This document shows, one piece after another, positions 27,931 to 39,800 of a stretch of 64,000 nt of DNA. The notes under the pieces are model-generated. The model was not told the DNA's origin and searched no databases. It worked only from the letters and a program-made list of their open reading frames with translations. The first letter of the stretch is position 1. The number at the start of each line of letters is the position of its first letter. The stretch is from IMG/VR virus record IMGVR_UViG_3300014913_000759, positions 28,465-92,464 of that record; one strand, given 5' to 3'. This DNA comes from a virus. The position numbers and the translations under genes are program-made.

Positions 27931-30900
27931 TTATTCCTCCAACAAGTACCATTTATATCTAGAATTTGCTTCATTTCCAGGACGTTCCTCGATTAGAGCC
28001 ACGCCACTAGACGTTGCTGCAAATATCAAGTTTGCTCCATTATATATAGATGTGCCCTCCACAACGGAGATATCATTTATCACACCTCCTGGAGGTAATA
28101 GCGTTCCAGATATTGTCGAATCATACTCATATCCGATTGTACCTTCTGTCCAATCGCATTGATGGGTGTAGATGGTTACGATTTTTGTTCCCGCTGCGTA
28201 GTAGAAACGACCACGACAAGTCTGAAAGCACTTCGTTGCTGCAGCAGTCAGTCCGCTACTGTGGTCGTAAGAGCTAGATCTTCCTAAATTAAAATGATCT
28301 ACACCTGAGGCCGTAACAGCACATACATAATCACCACAGGCACTTATATCCTTTACGTAGTTGTCCAATATGTCTGGATATTGTTTCCACAATAAAACCT
28401 CACCAGTAAGATCTTGTGGTGAATATATGTTTTCATTAGTAATAGTAGTAGTAGGTATATATAATATACCAGATGTTGTTGTACCTATCAACAGCTTCTC
28501 ATTTGATTCAGCTATAGCATTTACACCACTTAATGTAGCGTACGCTATGTAATAGTCCGTACTTACATCTACATTATATATTTCTATACCAGAGGTAGAT
28601 ACGTTATAGATAGGATTATCATATATACAGTATACGGTATCTGGACTAGATAGTGGTGTTATCTCTAATGTACCATAAGTTAATAGACTATCTGTTATGG
28701 AAGCGTAGTCTGTTTCCATCCAGTTATCTGAACGTACTGTAGAGGATATCCTTACTTCGTCTATCATACCATCGAAGTGTGCGCTACCTCCTGTTTGGCT
28801 TCCTATCTCTACTACTTGGTCATTGTCTGATTGGTTTAATGATGTATATGTTTGTGTACCCGTGAAGCCTACAGACTCTCCATTGATGTAGACAGACTCT
28901 ACACCAGTGCCGTCTGAAAACGTAAAGGCCACGTGATTCTCTCCGGCGCCGGAAATTGTACTGGCGCCTGTCAGTGCCTGTTCTGCCCAGGCCGTGCCAT
29001 CACTACTACCTATTATCACCTGTAATTGGTCACTGGCTGTGGTTTTTAGTGCCCAAATTCTCCTGTCAGACGAACTATTGAATCTGGTAATGAGCGCGGA
29101 GACTTCTGACGCGTCTGGTTTGAAAAGAGTAGACACTGTTAAATCGGTGGAGTCTAGACAGTCGTAGTCTCCTGTATATAATCTCTCGTCGGTACCGTTA
29201 AATTGCAATGCTCTGCCCAATGTACCGGTCACGGTGTTTGCCAAGCCCATATTTTCTGTTGTGACGTCTAGATGGTGTATAGAACCCTTCTGAGTTGCTG
29301 GATACCTATCCATATGCCATACGCCTATATGGTCATCATCCCATACTTCCTTCTTTACAATATCTGTACCTACTTTTATATGGCCTACATTGGTTCTTTG
29401 CAATGCGGTTGCGGCGCCATAAGCCCTAAAAAATATGTTTCCTGAAGGATACGTTTCACCTTTATTACCCCATACCTCTGTGTTCTCAACAACTTTGTGG
29501 CCATTCATGTAAACATCGACGATTCCAGAGCCCGTTGCTACCTCTGTCCAATCAACAACCCACGAGTACCAAACACCATTATCCATTGTATGTGGATAAA
29601 CAAGATTCCATGTAGCCGTATCATCATATAGATATAGCCCTTCGGCCGCAAATGTCATAAGAAGTGCGGAATCAGGGCCTCTAAAATACGCTTGAAACTT
29701 GTCATTATCGGCATAAGTTCCGATTCTTCTATGGTTTAACTCGAATTCTATTACCACTCTTTCAGCATAACCGGATGTGAATGTTTTGTGTCTGCAGGCC
29801 CTATTGCTGCTACTATAATTGAAGCCACTGAAGAATTCAAAACTGCCTCCTTCAACAGTCATCCTACTATCACCGTTAGCGTTATCTAGGTTTGTCCAAC
29901 CAGAAAGACTCGAACAGTCGTCGTCAACAAGGTTGGCAGTGCTTTGAACTATGGGCGCACCGACATAATCTGTGTCTCCTGCTTGGTTTTCATCGTAGTA
30001 TAGATATAATGTAGTATCAGTACTATTAGATAGGTCTGTTTTAGTCCATAATATAATCTCTTCGTTTTCAAAGTTCCAGCTTTCTATCTCTACTGGTAAT
30101 TGTGTCTCTCCATCGTCTGTTGTTAATGCTATATTTCCTATATTATGGTTAAGAGTGTCTGGATCACCTATTTTAGAGTAGTCCTGGTATGTTCCTGTAA
30201 GTTCGCTAACTAAATCTCCTGATAGGTCTACATCCATTATAACATTATCACCGGCGTCGAGAAATCTGCACCAGTATAATGTAAAACTTGTGTTGTACCC
30301 AGATAAATGGTCTCTTACATACCATACAAAAGTTACGTAGTCTTGTAAACTATTATCTAGATCTAGTGTATCCTTTATTGTGTGCTGTGAGCTTGAGGAT
30401 TCCTCATAGTCTAGTTGCTGAATAGTACCGTAGCCCGCTATAGACCAACTATCCTCGTAAGGGAAATTAGCTCCGTCCGTTCTATCAAACTTACCATCCA
30501 TCACTTTTGCAAAGTACCCAACGTTTCCGTAATTGCCGCCTGTTTCCCAGCTAAATTCTACTTGCGTGCCGGGAGGTAAAAGCTCCTTATGTACTGAAAA
30601 GAATATATACATCGAGCCCTGCGCTGAATTATTAGATGTTATTCGTGCCGAGGTGGATGTTGGTTTACTAAAAACAGAAGCAGGTGAGCCTGACTCGAAA
30701 ACATCATGTTCTTTCAGACTAACACCAGGAATATCTGTATAATCAAACAAAGTCCCAAATAGTTGTGTAATATCAGCATTATTCTTGCCAGACGCCGCAG
30801 ACAGCTTTACCATCAAAGGAAAATCAGACAAATCCCCTGGTATATCAGCTGGATCTATTGTAATTGGTAGTCTTTTTGACCATCCGTCTAACCAACTCAT
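27931..30900 (-). CDS. DUF2341 + LamG + C-terminal beta-propeller virion protein
   Basis: Start moved to ATG 30900 (MSWLDGW, TAATG overlap, matches paralog starts); 'QLPVEIESW', 'FDGMIDEVRIS'. Confidence 0.75.
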   Translation of the reverse strand: MSWLDGWSKRLPITIDPADIPGDLSDFPLMVKLSAASGKNNADITQLFGTLFDYTDIPGVSLKEHDVFESGSPASVFSKPTSTSARITSNNSAQGSMYIFFSVHKELLPPGTQVEFSWETGGNYGNVGYFAKVMDGKFDRTDGANFPYEDSWSIAGYGTIQQLDYEESSSSQHTIKDTLDLDNSLQDYVTFVWYVRDHLSGYNTSFTLYWCRFLDAGDNVIMDVDLSGDLVSELTGTYQDYSKIGDPDTLNHNIGNIALTTDDGETQLPVEIESWNFENEEIILWTKTDLSNSTDTTLYLYYDENQAGDTDYVGAPIVQSTANLVDDDCSSLSGWTNLDNANGDSRMTVEGGSFEFFSGFNYSSSNRACRHKTFTSGYAERVVIEFELNHRRIGTYADNDKFQAYFRGPDSALLMTFAAEGLYLYDDTATWNLVYPHTMDNGVWYSWVVDWTEVATGSGIVDVYMNGHKVVENTEVWGNKGETYPSGNIFFRAYGAATALQRTNVGHIKVGTDIVKKEVWDDDHIGVWHMDRYPATQKGSIHHLDVTTENMGLANTVTGTLGRALQFNGTDERLYTGDYDCLDSTDLTVSTLFKPDASEVSALITRFNSSSDRRIWALKTTASDQLQVIIGSSDGTAWAEQALTGASTISGAGENHVAFTFSDGTGVESVYINGESVGFTGTQTYTSLNQSDNDQVVEIGSQTGGSAHFDGMIDEVRISSTVRSDNWMETDYASITDSLLTYGTLEITPLSSPDTVYCIYDNPIYNVSTSGIEIYNVDVSTDYYIAYATLSGVNAIAESNEKLLIGTTTSGILYIPTTTITNENIYSPQDLTGEVLLWKQYPDILDNYVKDISACGDYVCAVTASGVDHFNLGRSSSYDHSSGLTAAATKCFQTCRGRFYYAAGTKIVTIYTHQCDWTEGTIGYEYDSTISGTLLPPGGVINDISVVEGTSIYNGANLIFAATSSGVALIEERPGNEANSRYKWYLLEE

Positions 30901-33800
30901 TATGTAGGTACCTCCCACCATGCTTTTAAATTCGTGTTATAACTACCAGCCCAGCCCAAATCATTATCCGGAATATCGAGCTTCATATATGCATTTTTAG
31001 CTGTATTTGGATATATATTTGGTACTTCTATACTCTTTTGTAGATATATGTTTTGCACTTTTGGTGTTACGTAGTCGTAAAAAATAACATCGTCTACATT
31101 CTGATTGAATATAAAACTATCTATGTCCACGTCATTACCTGCGCCATGGCCAGGCATATATATCCACACATAAAACGTATTTCCTATTGAATAGTTGGAT
31201 GCATTACTTAGTTGATTGTATTGCCAAATACCACTGATATAGTCGTAACATCTTAGCCTGTCGTTTGACATATCCCAATGGAGCCTGAGATATCCATAAT
31301 CATTACCAGCAGTATAGGAGTTATATGACCCATATGTAGTTCCGTCCTTATTGATGCGTGCATAAAGATCCTGGGTGCCGTTTGTGCGACGCCTTATCAA
31401 CCCCTCAATATAATCACCCTCATAGGCAGCGTCCAAAGCATAAAGCCTCATATATATATAGTGATACGTGTTAGGAGGATTCCAAGGACCGTCGAGCCGG
31501 TAATAAAATTGAAGATCTAAATCATGAGTTCCTCCGGTATCTATATACCATTTTTGAATGTCTGTGTTAGTAGGATGGCTCGACTGTATAGATTTACCAC
31601 CGCCTACAGCACCGTAAAATCTCATTCTATTGCTTAACGCGCTTATCGCCGACGTATCATCACTAACTCTCCATCGGTGTGCGTCTGGTGCTGTCCCATC
31701 TGATTGCGAAAACCAATCTTCTGGAGTCCAAATCTCACTCGAATCTACAGCATGTAAATCTGACGGTCTATTTGCTCTAAGTGTAATTCTTGCTTGTGCA
31801 TACTCGGCGTCAATCGGTACTGGGTACTTGTCTGGCATAACCTCTTTCCACTCTAAATTTTGCCAGTGATTATCAATAGGAATAGGAAAATGGAATCCAT
31901 GACCTGTATCGTCAAAAGCAAATTCTTGAACTGCTGGCAAATAACTGTAGCTTATATTGGTAGGCATAATCTCGCCTGCTGATGTTACGAATCTGTGTAA
32001 GTTGTTGCTAGTTCGAACCCACACACCGGTATCTGTGACCTGTAAAAATTTGTTTACATTTGCCACAGATGCTGTAAAATGAACAGTACCGTCAGTGGAT
32101 ATACGCTTGACGCTGTCACCATCTATGATATACATGGCATCGTCACCATCCATCGCTACTCTACGTAGACTAGATGTGCCAATACCCGTGAGTGTCTCGA
32201 CCACACTTCCATCCGAATCCAAATGGACTAGATTGCCACCATCATCATCAGTTATATTTACGAACCAACAACCACCATCAGACATGGCCGATATACCATA
32301 AGGATCTGTTGCTGGGTATTGAACTTCCTCTGTTCCACCTGACGTTATTAATTTAACAAAATCTGTGTTTCTATCTACATACCAAAGCTTATCCGTGCTA
32401 GTATCACAACTCATATCCCAGCACTGTCTTGATGTGGAGTAGTCCTCGTATGTCTGAGAGCTATATCCATTAGCAAAGTGCATGAGGTAGTAGCCAACAC
32501 CTTGATTTAATGTATAACCACTTCTTGAGTAGTTGGTATAAACTAGCCACCATGTTCCGCCACTACCGTCCCACCTTATGTCGTAACAATTGTTGGAAAT
32601 TTCTGTCGCTGCGTCTCTCTGTACCCAAACAGTGTCATAATATGAGCCTCTTGGATATATTATAAAAGCCCTCAACTGTTTCCAATCAAAACCATATTTT
32701 GTACGATATACAAAACCCACTGTCCTACCAGTTATTGGATCAGTTTCTGCGCAACGAACGTAATAATTGTACGACGTGTGTGACCCATCACTCAAATACC
32801 CAGAAGTATAAACAGTACTACCATCATCCCTATGACGGTCTATATAGTATAGCCACCTGTAACCCGCATTCGTGGCGTAGTGGAACGTCCTGATTAGAGC
32901 ATAGTCTTTCGGTTTTTGACCAGAAGATCTCATCTCTATGGTTCTAACTGAGCGTTCCGCATCTTTGGTTGCAAAAGAATCGCCCTCTTCCGAATAGATA
33001 TCTAAATAAACATAGCTGTTTTTTGAGCCGGCCTCAAATATTCTGGTCGTGTATGTACCAGACAACTCATTTTGTTGGAGCTGTAGTAGGCCTGAGCTAA
33101 CTTCTGTCGTATCTAGGTTACCGTCCGTCGACCAGGTGTCTTCGTCTGCCAAAATTTGAGCGTTTTCTTTAACTCCGTACCAAGGACCACCCGATGTGGT
33201 GGAGAGCGTAACTAGTTCGTCTATAGTTGTTCCTTGTGGCTCCAAAACTACATATGCGGTGGCCTTTTGTGTACCACTGTTATAAATAGGAATGGTTTTT
33301 ATATCTGCAGATCCACCAAGAACAGACGTGGATGCTGCAAATGAGGTTGCAGTGCCGTCCGTACCAAAATCCACTGTTTCATCCTCATTAAGAAGATTAA
33401 AGCCTTCTACGGTGCCACTAATACTAGTGCCGCTTACCGTGTGCATAACTCTTAGATATCTGGGCGCTGAAAGTGCTGGCACTGAGGTATAGTAGTACCC
33501 AGCATTAATATTAGTAGTCAAAAGAGAGTAGTCATCTGGTGCATCGTTCTTGTAATAGAACGCTATACCTGAAGCAACCGTGCCCGAAGAAGACGTGCTG
33601 GAAAAATAGTACCTCAGCTCATCAACCTTAACACGAGCACCTAAATCACAGTCTAGACACAATATGTCGTCATCAGATATGTGTGATGTGCCGGTTAGGT
33701 TGGAAATAGAAACTATCTCCGAGACCTTAAGAGCTACGTTTCCCGTTCCACTAGATGTGTTTGAATAAAGATTGCTATTTTCAGCAAGATTATAACTCAT
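30900..33800 (-). CDS. Large virion-type protein with beta-propeller and ConA-like domain
   Basis: 966 aa; repeated propeller-like strands ('DGGCWF', 'HLDSDG', 'RISTDG'); C-terminal module shared with the 2373-aa protein. Confidence 0.65.
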   Translation of the reverse strand: MSYNLAENSNLYSNTSSGTGNVALKVSEIVSISNLTGTSHISDDDILCLDCDLGARVKVDELRYYFSSTSSSGTVASGIAFYYKNDAPDDYSLLTTNINAGYYYTSVPALSAPRYLRVMHTVSGTSISGTVEGFNLLNEDETVDFGTDGTATSFAASTSVLGGSADIKTIPIYNSGTQKATAYVVLEPQGTTIDELVTLSTTSGGPWYGVKENAQILADEDTWSTDGNLDTTEVSSGLLQLQQNELSGTYTTRIFEAGSKNSYVYLDIYSEEGDSFATKDAERSVRTIEMRSSGQKPKDYALIRTFHYATNAGYRWLYYIDRHRDDGSTVYTSGYLSDGSHTSYNYYVRCAETDPITGRTVGFVYRTKYGFDWKQLRAFIIYPRGSYYDTVWVQRDAATEISNNCYDIRWDGSGGTWWLVYTNYSRSGYTLNQGVGYYLMHFANGYSSQTYEDYSTSRQCWDMSCDTSTDKLWYVDRNTDFVKLITSGGTEEVQYPATDPYGISAMSDGGCWFVNITDDDGGNLVHLDSDGSVVETLTGIGTSSLRRVAMDGDDAMYIIDGDSVKRISTDGTVHFTASVANVNKFLQVTDTGVWVRTSNNLHRFVTSAGEIMPTNISYSYLPAVQEFAFDDTGHGFHFPIPIDNHWQNLEWKEVMPDKYPVPIDAEYAQARITLRANRPSDLHAVDSSEIWTPEDWFSQSDGTAPDAHRWRVSDDTSAISALSNRMRFYGAVGGGKSIQSSHPTNTDIQKWYIDTGGTHDLDLQFYYRLDGPWNPPNTYHYIYMRLYALDAAYEGDYIEGLIRRRTNGTQDLYARINKDGTTYGSYNSYTAGNDYGYLRLHWDMSNDRLRCYDYISGIWQYNQLSNASNYSIGNTFYVWIYMPGHGAGNDVDIDSFIFNQNVDDVIFYDYVTPKVQNIYLQKSIEVPNIYPNTAKNAYMKLDIPDNDLGWAGSYNTNLKAWWEVPT

Positions 33801-33808
33801 AATTTCTC

Positions 33809-36800
33809 CTAAATACTAACAAACCAGCTCGCCAGAATAGTAGCTTCTCTATTTTCTCTGCCAGTCAATGTATCCGGTAAAGAGGATCTAACATATACCG
33901 AAGCTGTGTTTCCTGGTGCTACGTCCTCATAAAGTAGCGGCAAACCAGGGTCTCCTACCCCATAAAAGGTTACATTATCCTTAGAGATCTCAATAAGTTC
34001 GTTCGGTTTCCACAATTTTTCTCGCACCTCTTCGGTGCCTGCCAATGAATCTGAGAAATCAGTTTTACAATAATTATGAATTTTGAAGTCCGAAACCACA
34101 CCATCTACGGAAGAGGATTCGAATACGTCTCTTATTGCGTGTAACCCTTTGCCGCCTATAAAAAATCTAAATTTCTTACTATCACTAACATCCCACGTAT
34201 CATATATTTTTGCAATCTCATAACCATTAAAGTAAACTCTTAACGTACTGCCATCTGTATCTATTGCGGTACCGTCATTTGAATAAACAAACGCAAGGTG
34301 GAACATATCGTCTATATTCCAATAATCCGCCTCTACGTCCATCATAATTGGTTCTTCACCAAGATTTCCAACATAAACTATGATGCCTTCGATTCCTATC
34401 ATGGCACCAAATATATCGTTTGGAACATTTGCAAAGTGGAATAGTGATCTGTATTTAATATCGCTGTATGTGTCGGCACCCATGTAAATGTAGTCTGGCC
34501 TCAACCAAAATTCCACTGTCCCCTGTGTGAGTTTGAAGTCGGCCAACGGAGCACTGACATAATCATCTCCTGAGATATACAGGCCATAATCAAATCTACC
34601 TATGTCCTGGAACTGGTTACGTTCAATCTTCATGCTGTCTATGTACATAGTTATCGGATCTCCGGTGCCTCTGAAATACATGCCAAAGGATTTCAACTCC
34701 CTATACCTTATTATTCTTGGGTCAGGCAAACTATCATCACTCTGACGAACATATAGAACGTCGGTTGCCGATTTAAACCTAAGGAACATATTATTCCAAC
34801 CGTTGAACATGAGTGGTTTAAGAAAACTGATATCCCAACGATATTCTAAATAATCTGAACTGTTTACATCGCCAAAATAAATGTAGCCATAATCATCCAG
34901 CTTGTCGACATCATCTATATACAACCAAAAGGCCAAAGCATCTCTCCATGCTGCCTTCTCATCGGTTCCAAACGTGTCACCTTCCACAAGACGTAAGTGA
35001 TCTATCCCAGAACCGGTAGGATAGTCCACTCTTAATGTTCTTACTCCATCTTTTGTTCTATTATAATCATTACTTAGAGTGCTTAAGTCGGCTCTCCACC
35101 ACCAATGATATTGTGTAGGATCTGGGTCTTCAGTAGTTAATATTTTGGCGTGCTTCAAATAATCCGGGCCACTGCCTAAATCTGTTGCCGTGTTTCTCTT
35201 TATAGCAACCCATCTATCGTGGTGCATATGTGCTCCTGCTCCCCATGAGCTAAAACTTATCTTCTTAGGATCGTCTAAAATAGAATCGGCCCAGGCAAAG
35301 TTACCTTCACTGTTATCCCAGTCTTTACTTGTATCCTCCGGATCAATACCAATTAGATTGTGGCCTGAGATCTGAAACTGATCCAAAAGATCTATAGCTA
35401 TAATGGGATACTCTTCACTGCTTATATAATCAAAACCATAGTATTCGTTAACCTCTACCTCACGCAAACAGGCTCCTTGAAAGTAGTCGTATGAACCGTC
35501 ACCTGCCTCTGGTAAATAAATTTGTTCACCAGTTTGGTAGCTGGTAATATTTATTTTTAGCGAGTTAGCATATACTGGTGCTGATAGTTCATGCTCGCGC
35601 TCATATTCCGTGTTACCTGTAATATCAAATATAGTTGTATAGTTTTCACCATCCATACTGACTTGTATATTATAGTCCTCAATCAAATAACTGTCGTCTT
35701 CACTGTAGCCATGATACATCATAACTCTATATATGGGATATGTTTTATCAAAACTAATCTCCAACCACTGTGTTGATGAGGTGTTGGAGCCCCAAGCATC
35801 TGTTATAGTATCGCCTACTATACCATCTACTACCTTGCCCAAGTATAGGCGGCCAAACTCACTAGAACCACTTACAGTGGCGTTAAAAGCCACATTTCTT
35901 CCTGCCGAATAAGCTGTTATGGCGGTGCCTAAATCATCCCACAAATGGTTGTATGCGCCTCCTTGTGGTGCTATATAGTTTGTAAGTGAGGGGTACACAC
36001 CCAGTTTTCTTATATACCTGTCTGTAGAGTCACCGCTGTACATACTAAATCTAATCCAGCGCGCATCGTCATATGAACCATCAAAAGTAACCTCATTTAT
36101 GTTGCTCGTGTCTTCATTTGAATAGGCAGTACTAGTTGTTAGTGAGCAAGTAAGTAGATCCGTTCCAGCATAATTTCTAACTATTTGTAATGCATATCTT
36201 CGGCCCAGGTCTATAGCAAAATATGAATTAAAGGGCGAGCTCCACACATTAGCAGAATCGTAATATACGTCAGGGTCATCCACTTCGTATTTGACGTCTA
36301 TGTCGCAATAGTGGCCATATGTGGAGTTATCCAAGCTTGTATATAATGAAACACCATAAAATCTGTTATAGGCGTGATCAAAGGGTGTGTTGCTATTTAT
36401 ATGATATCTGGCCCCGCCTGCATAGTTATTGTCGTCTGCAGATATGTCTCCTCTTGAAATTCTTATTTCGTCCATGCGACCATCGACATTCTTACCAAAT
36501 ATTATAGGATTGTCCGTATCCCGTAGATAATCCGCCTGTAGCTCTTGACTAATCTTCCTACTTCCATTGACATAAACTGCCCAAAAATCCCATGGATATC
36601 CACCTCTAGGACCAATCTGCAGTGCTATGTGCTGAAAATCTGTGAGTGAGGGGCTTCTAAATGTGTTGTAACTACTTAAAAGATTCCCCCAACCAGACCT
36701 ATAAAATCTCGCATAAAATTCTAACGAGCGTAAATTACCATAATCTCTCCATAAAAGTATCCAGGAATCGCTGCCTGAGGCAGAGTCCCAATCGCGCGTA

Positions 36801-39800
36801 GGATGTTTTCCTCCCCAGTTTTTTGCCAACACAAAGTCCTTATCGTCATCAATTGTTATTGCTCTTACATCGTATATATATGCGCCGCCTGGCGAGGCAC
36901 TTACTGTGAGTCTAATAGCACTATAATATTTTCTTGATTCTAAATACCAATTCTCGCTGGGGCTACCTCCTGGTTGGCCGCCTCCTGATCCAAACAGCTC
37001 CCAAGAGCCGGATGATGTTTTACCGTACCAATAATGATTGAAATTACTTTTTGGCCACCACTTAATATAAACCGTGTCTATAGGCTGGACGGTGCCCCAA
37101 TCAACTATTACGCTGGTTCCGTGGTCCATGTGAAAATAAGTATCTCTATCATGGTCATTAACGTTCAGTATGTTGCCTGAGCCGGTGCCTGTTCCTGAAA
37201 TTGTATAACACCAATCAGTTTGTTCTTGTGGATAGCTGTTAGCCTTAAACCAAAAATCGACTGCCCACCTATAGGAATTAAAATCAAAATCGTCATCGTG
37301 GTCCACCTCAAGATAAGTGTTCGGATCTCCGTCAAAAAGAGCTGCACCGTTGCCAAATTTCGTAGTATTATCTATATATGTATTTCCTCTAGCGTGTACT
37401 GTTTTAGGAAAATAACTACTGTCAAAAAAATCTGTCAGACCGTAGCCGGCTTCTTGGTTACAATGCAGACACAACCTAGTATATCTATCTATACCGCAAC
37501 CGCTGTTACTATAGTCTAATGTAGTATTATCGTTATATAGTACAATTTTAGTTACAGACTCTTGGCCTCCTACATCAAAAGTCAGATAACTGTCATTTTC
37601 TAGAACATAATAACTGCCCGTTAGAGACCCGTTGTCTAGGTGGGGAGCGTCACTAGAAACAGGGCCTGCCCAAGACACACCAGGATCATGATAAGCAACA
37701 TAATCCAGAAGGTTGCCATTCTGATCATATATACGTGTCTCTCGAATATTCATTTCTTGATCTTCACAAGAAAAACCCAGCTTCCAATATCGATCGGTAT
37801 ATTGTACCGGTATATTTATAACAGTTCTAACTTGTGACTTGAAATTAGAGAAGTCTACAGATACACCACTAGTTACGGTACCATGTAGTTCCCAATAATC
37901 TCCGTCTATAGAATTGTATCCTACAGCTCCATCGACTATGTTTTTAAGGCCATAAACAGGGCAATTTATAGCGCAATTATTGTCCCTCAGCACTAGTGGA
38001 TAGTCGTCCTTCTTTATATAGAACGCTCCTGGTCCTATTTCTGGGTTAAGGATTGATTCCGCGCTGTTCATCTTACTGTAGAAAGTCAAACCTTTAGAAT
38101 ACTCAGCGTCCTGAGGTATGTCGGCATAAAAATTAAAAGACTTATCATATACGTTCTTAAAATCTATTTTCTTAGCCTGGTTAGTAGATCCTTTCTTGGA
38201 ATGATCTAATAGAATTTGGTACTCACATCCTTTATCGCCAACGTAAACATCTTGACTGCTGATAGAAAAAGATAGATCAGAAAGCTGTAGCCCCGTAACT
38301 GGCTCAATCTCGATACGAATATACTGTGGTGTGCTGCCCACAAAGATAGTTGAGGAGCCATCCTCATTAGGCTGCGGGTCTCCGTCCAACCACAAATCCT
38401 CATACTGAGAGTATTTAACCGCCACACTATCATTAACGCCGGTTCCAACATTATCCACATAACAATAAAGCTCTAATTCGTTGATTTTAGTAGACTTGTG
38501 GTAATCTGTGAATATTCTAAAACCTTTACATCTTATTGGCCCGAACTCATGTGTCAGAACATTCCAATACACTATATCTGCGGCCCTTATAGCGTCGTTA
38601 TTCAACAGCAACGAGCCATCATCTCCGCCCCACTCAAAAGAAGCCGATGAAGGGTTTTCGAATAGGTATGCTTCCACATTCTCATAACCTTGGCTTTCCT
38701 CATGGTATCTGACCGAGTCGACTGTAACAGCGTCATATGAGGGAATATATTGAAAGTGTGAGTTGTCAGCGTTTCCACTTGTAATGTCGGGCCCCAGGTA
38801 TGTTGAAAGAGCAAACGTCCTAAAATTCATTCTATCTTTAAAATACATAACAGACTTAAAGATTGTCTTATCTTTGTTGGATGGAAACAACATTGTAAAA
38901 GCAATAGGATCTTCTTCAAAATTATCTACGTATGGGTCTGATTTATATTGTCCAACATGATATTTGACACCTACCCATTCCGCATCACCATTTACATAGA
39001 AATATTTTGGGTTTACTGGTACTAAACCAGTGGAATCTCCAGCTGAATATGCGTCTGCCGCTAAACCATTTTCGTTTCCACATATTCCATCTGTTAGGTT
39101 GTCTTTTCCATACGCCACGTTGGCGTGCACATAGTCTACCCATTGTGCGTTCCACACATCCCAATACCCAGTATTATGTGTGCCGCCGAAGAGATCTACC
39201 TGCCAATCAATATCTACACATCTAGCGATATTGTATTCTAGAATATCAGATAAGGATCTACCAGTTATGTCTATATCTTTAATATTTACACGTTTGCCTA
39301 GATCAATATCAATAAACAGTTTCTTCTGTTTGTCTTCGCCGTGAGCATAGAAGAAGAAACCAGCGTTACCATCGCCTCGTATCGTGCCGGGACTAAAGGT
39401 ACCAGTTGCTTCGCCGGCAACTTGGTAATACAGCGCATCTGGCTGTTCACTGTAGCTCTTGCCCATGTAAATATCTATGTTGTATGCGCCTAAAAAATCA
39501 CCTTTGTTTACGCGCAAATTACAATCTACGACCACATATTCCTGATTCTCAGAATACAGAGCGCCTCCGCCGGGCCGGTCTGGTACATCTATAGTATGTA
39601 CAACAGTCATCTGGCCTTCTTTGTTTTGCCTTAATATCTTTAATTTACAGCCAGTACGTATTGAACCGTCCTCGGCTTCCAAAGAGCCAACAAGATATAT
39701 TTTTGTTATCTTACCACTTGCATTAAACGGGTGATTAAAATCAATTATAGTCTTATCTTCGTTCTCTACTATGTCGTATATTAGTTGTCTGTCTGCCACA

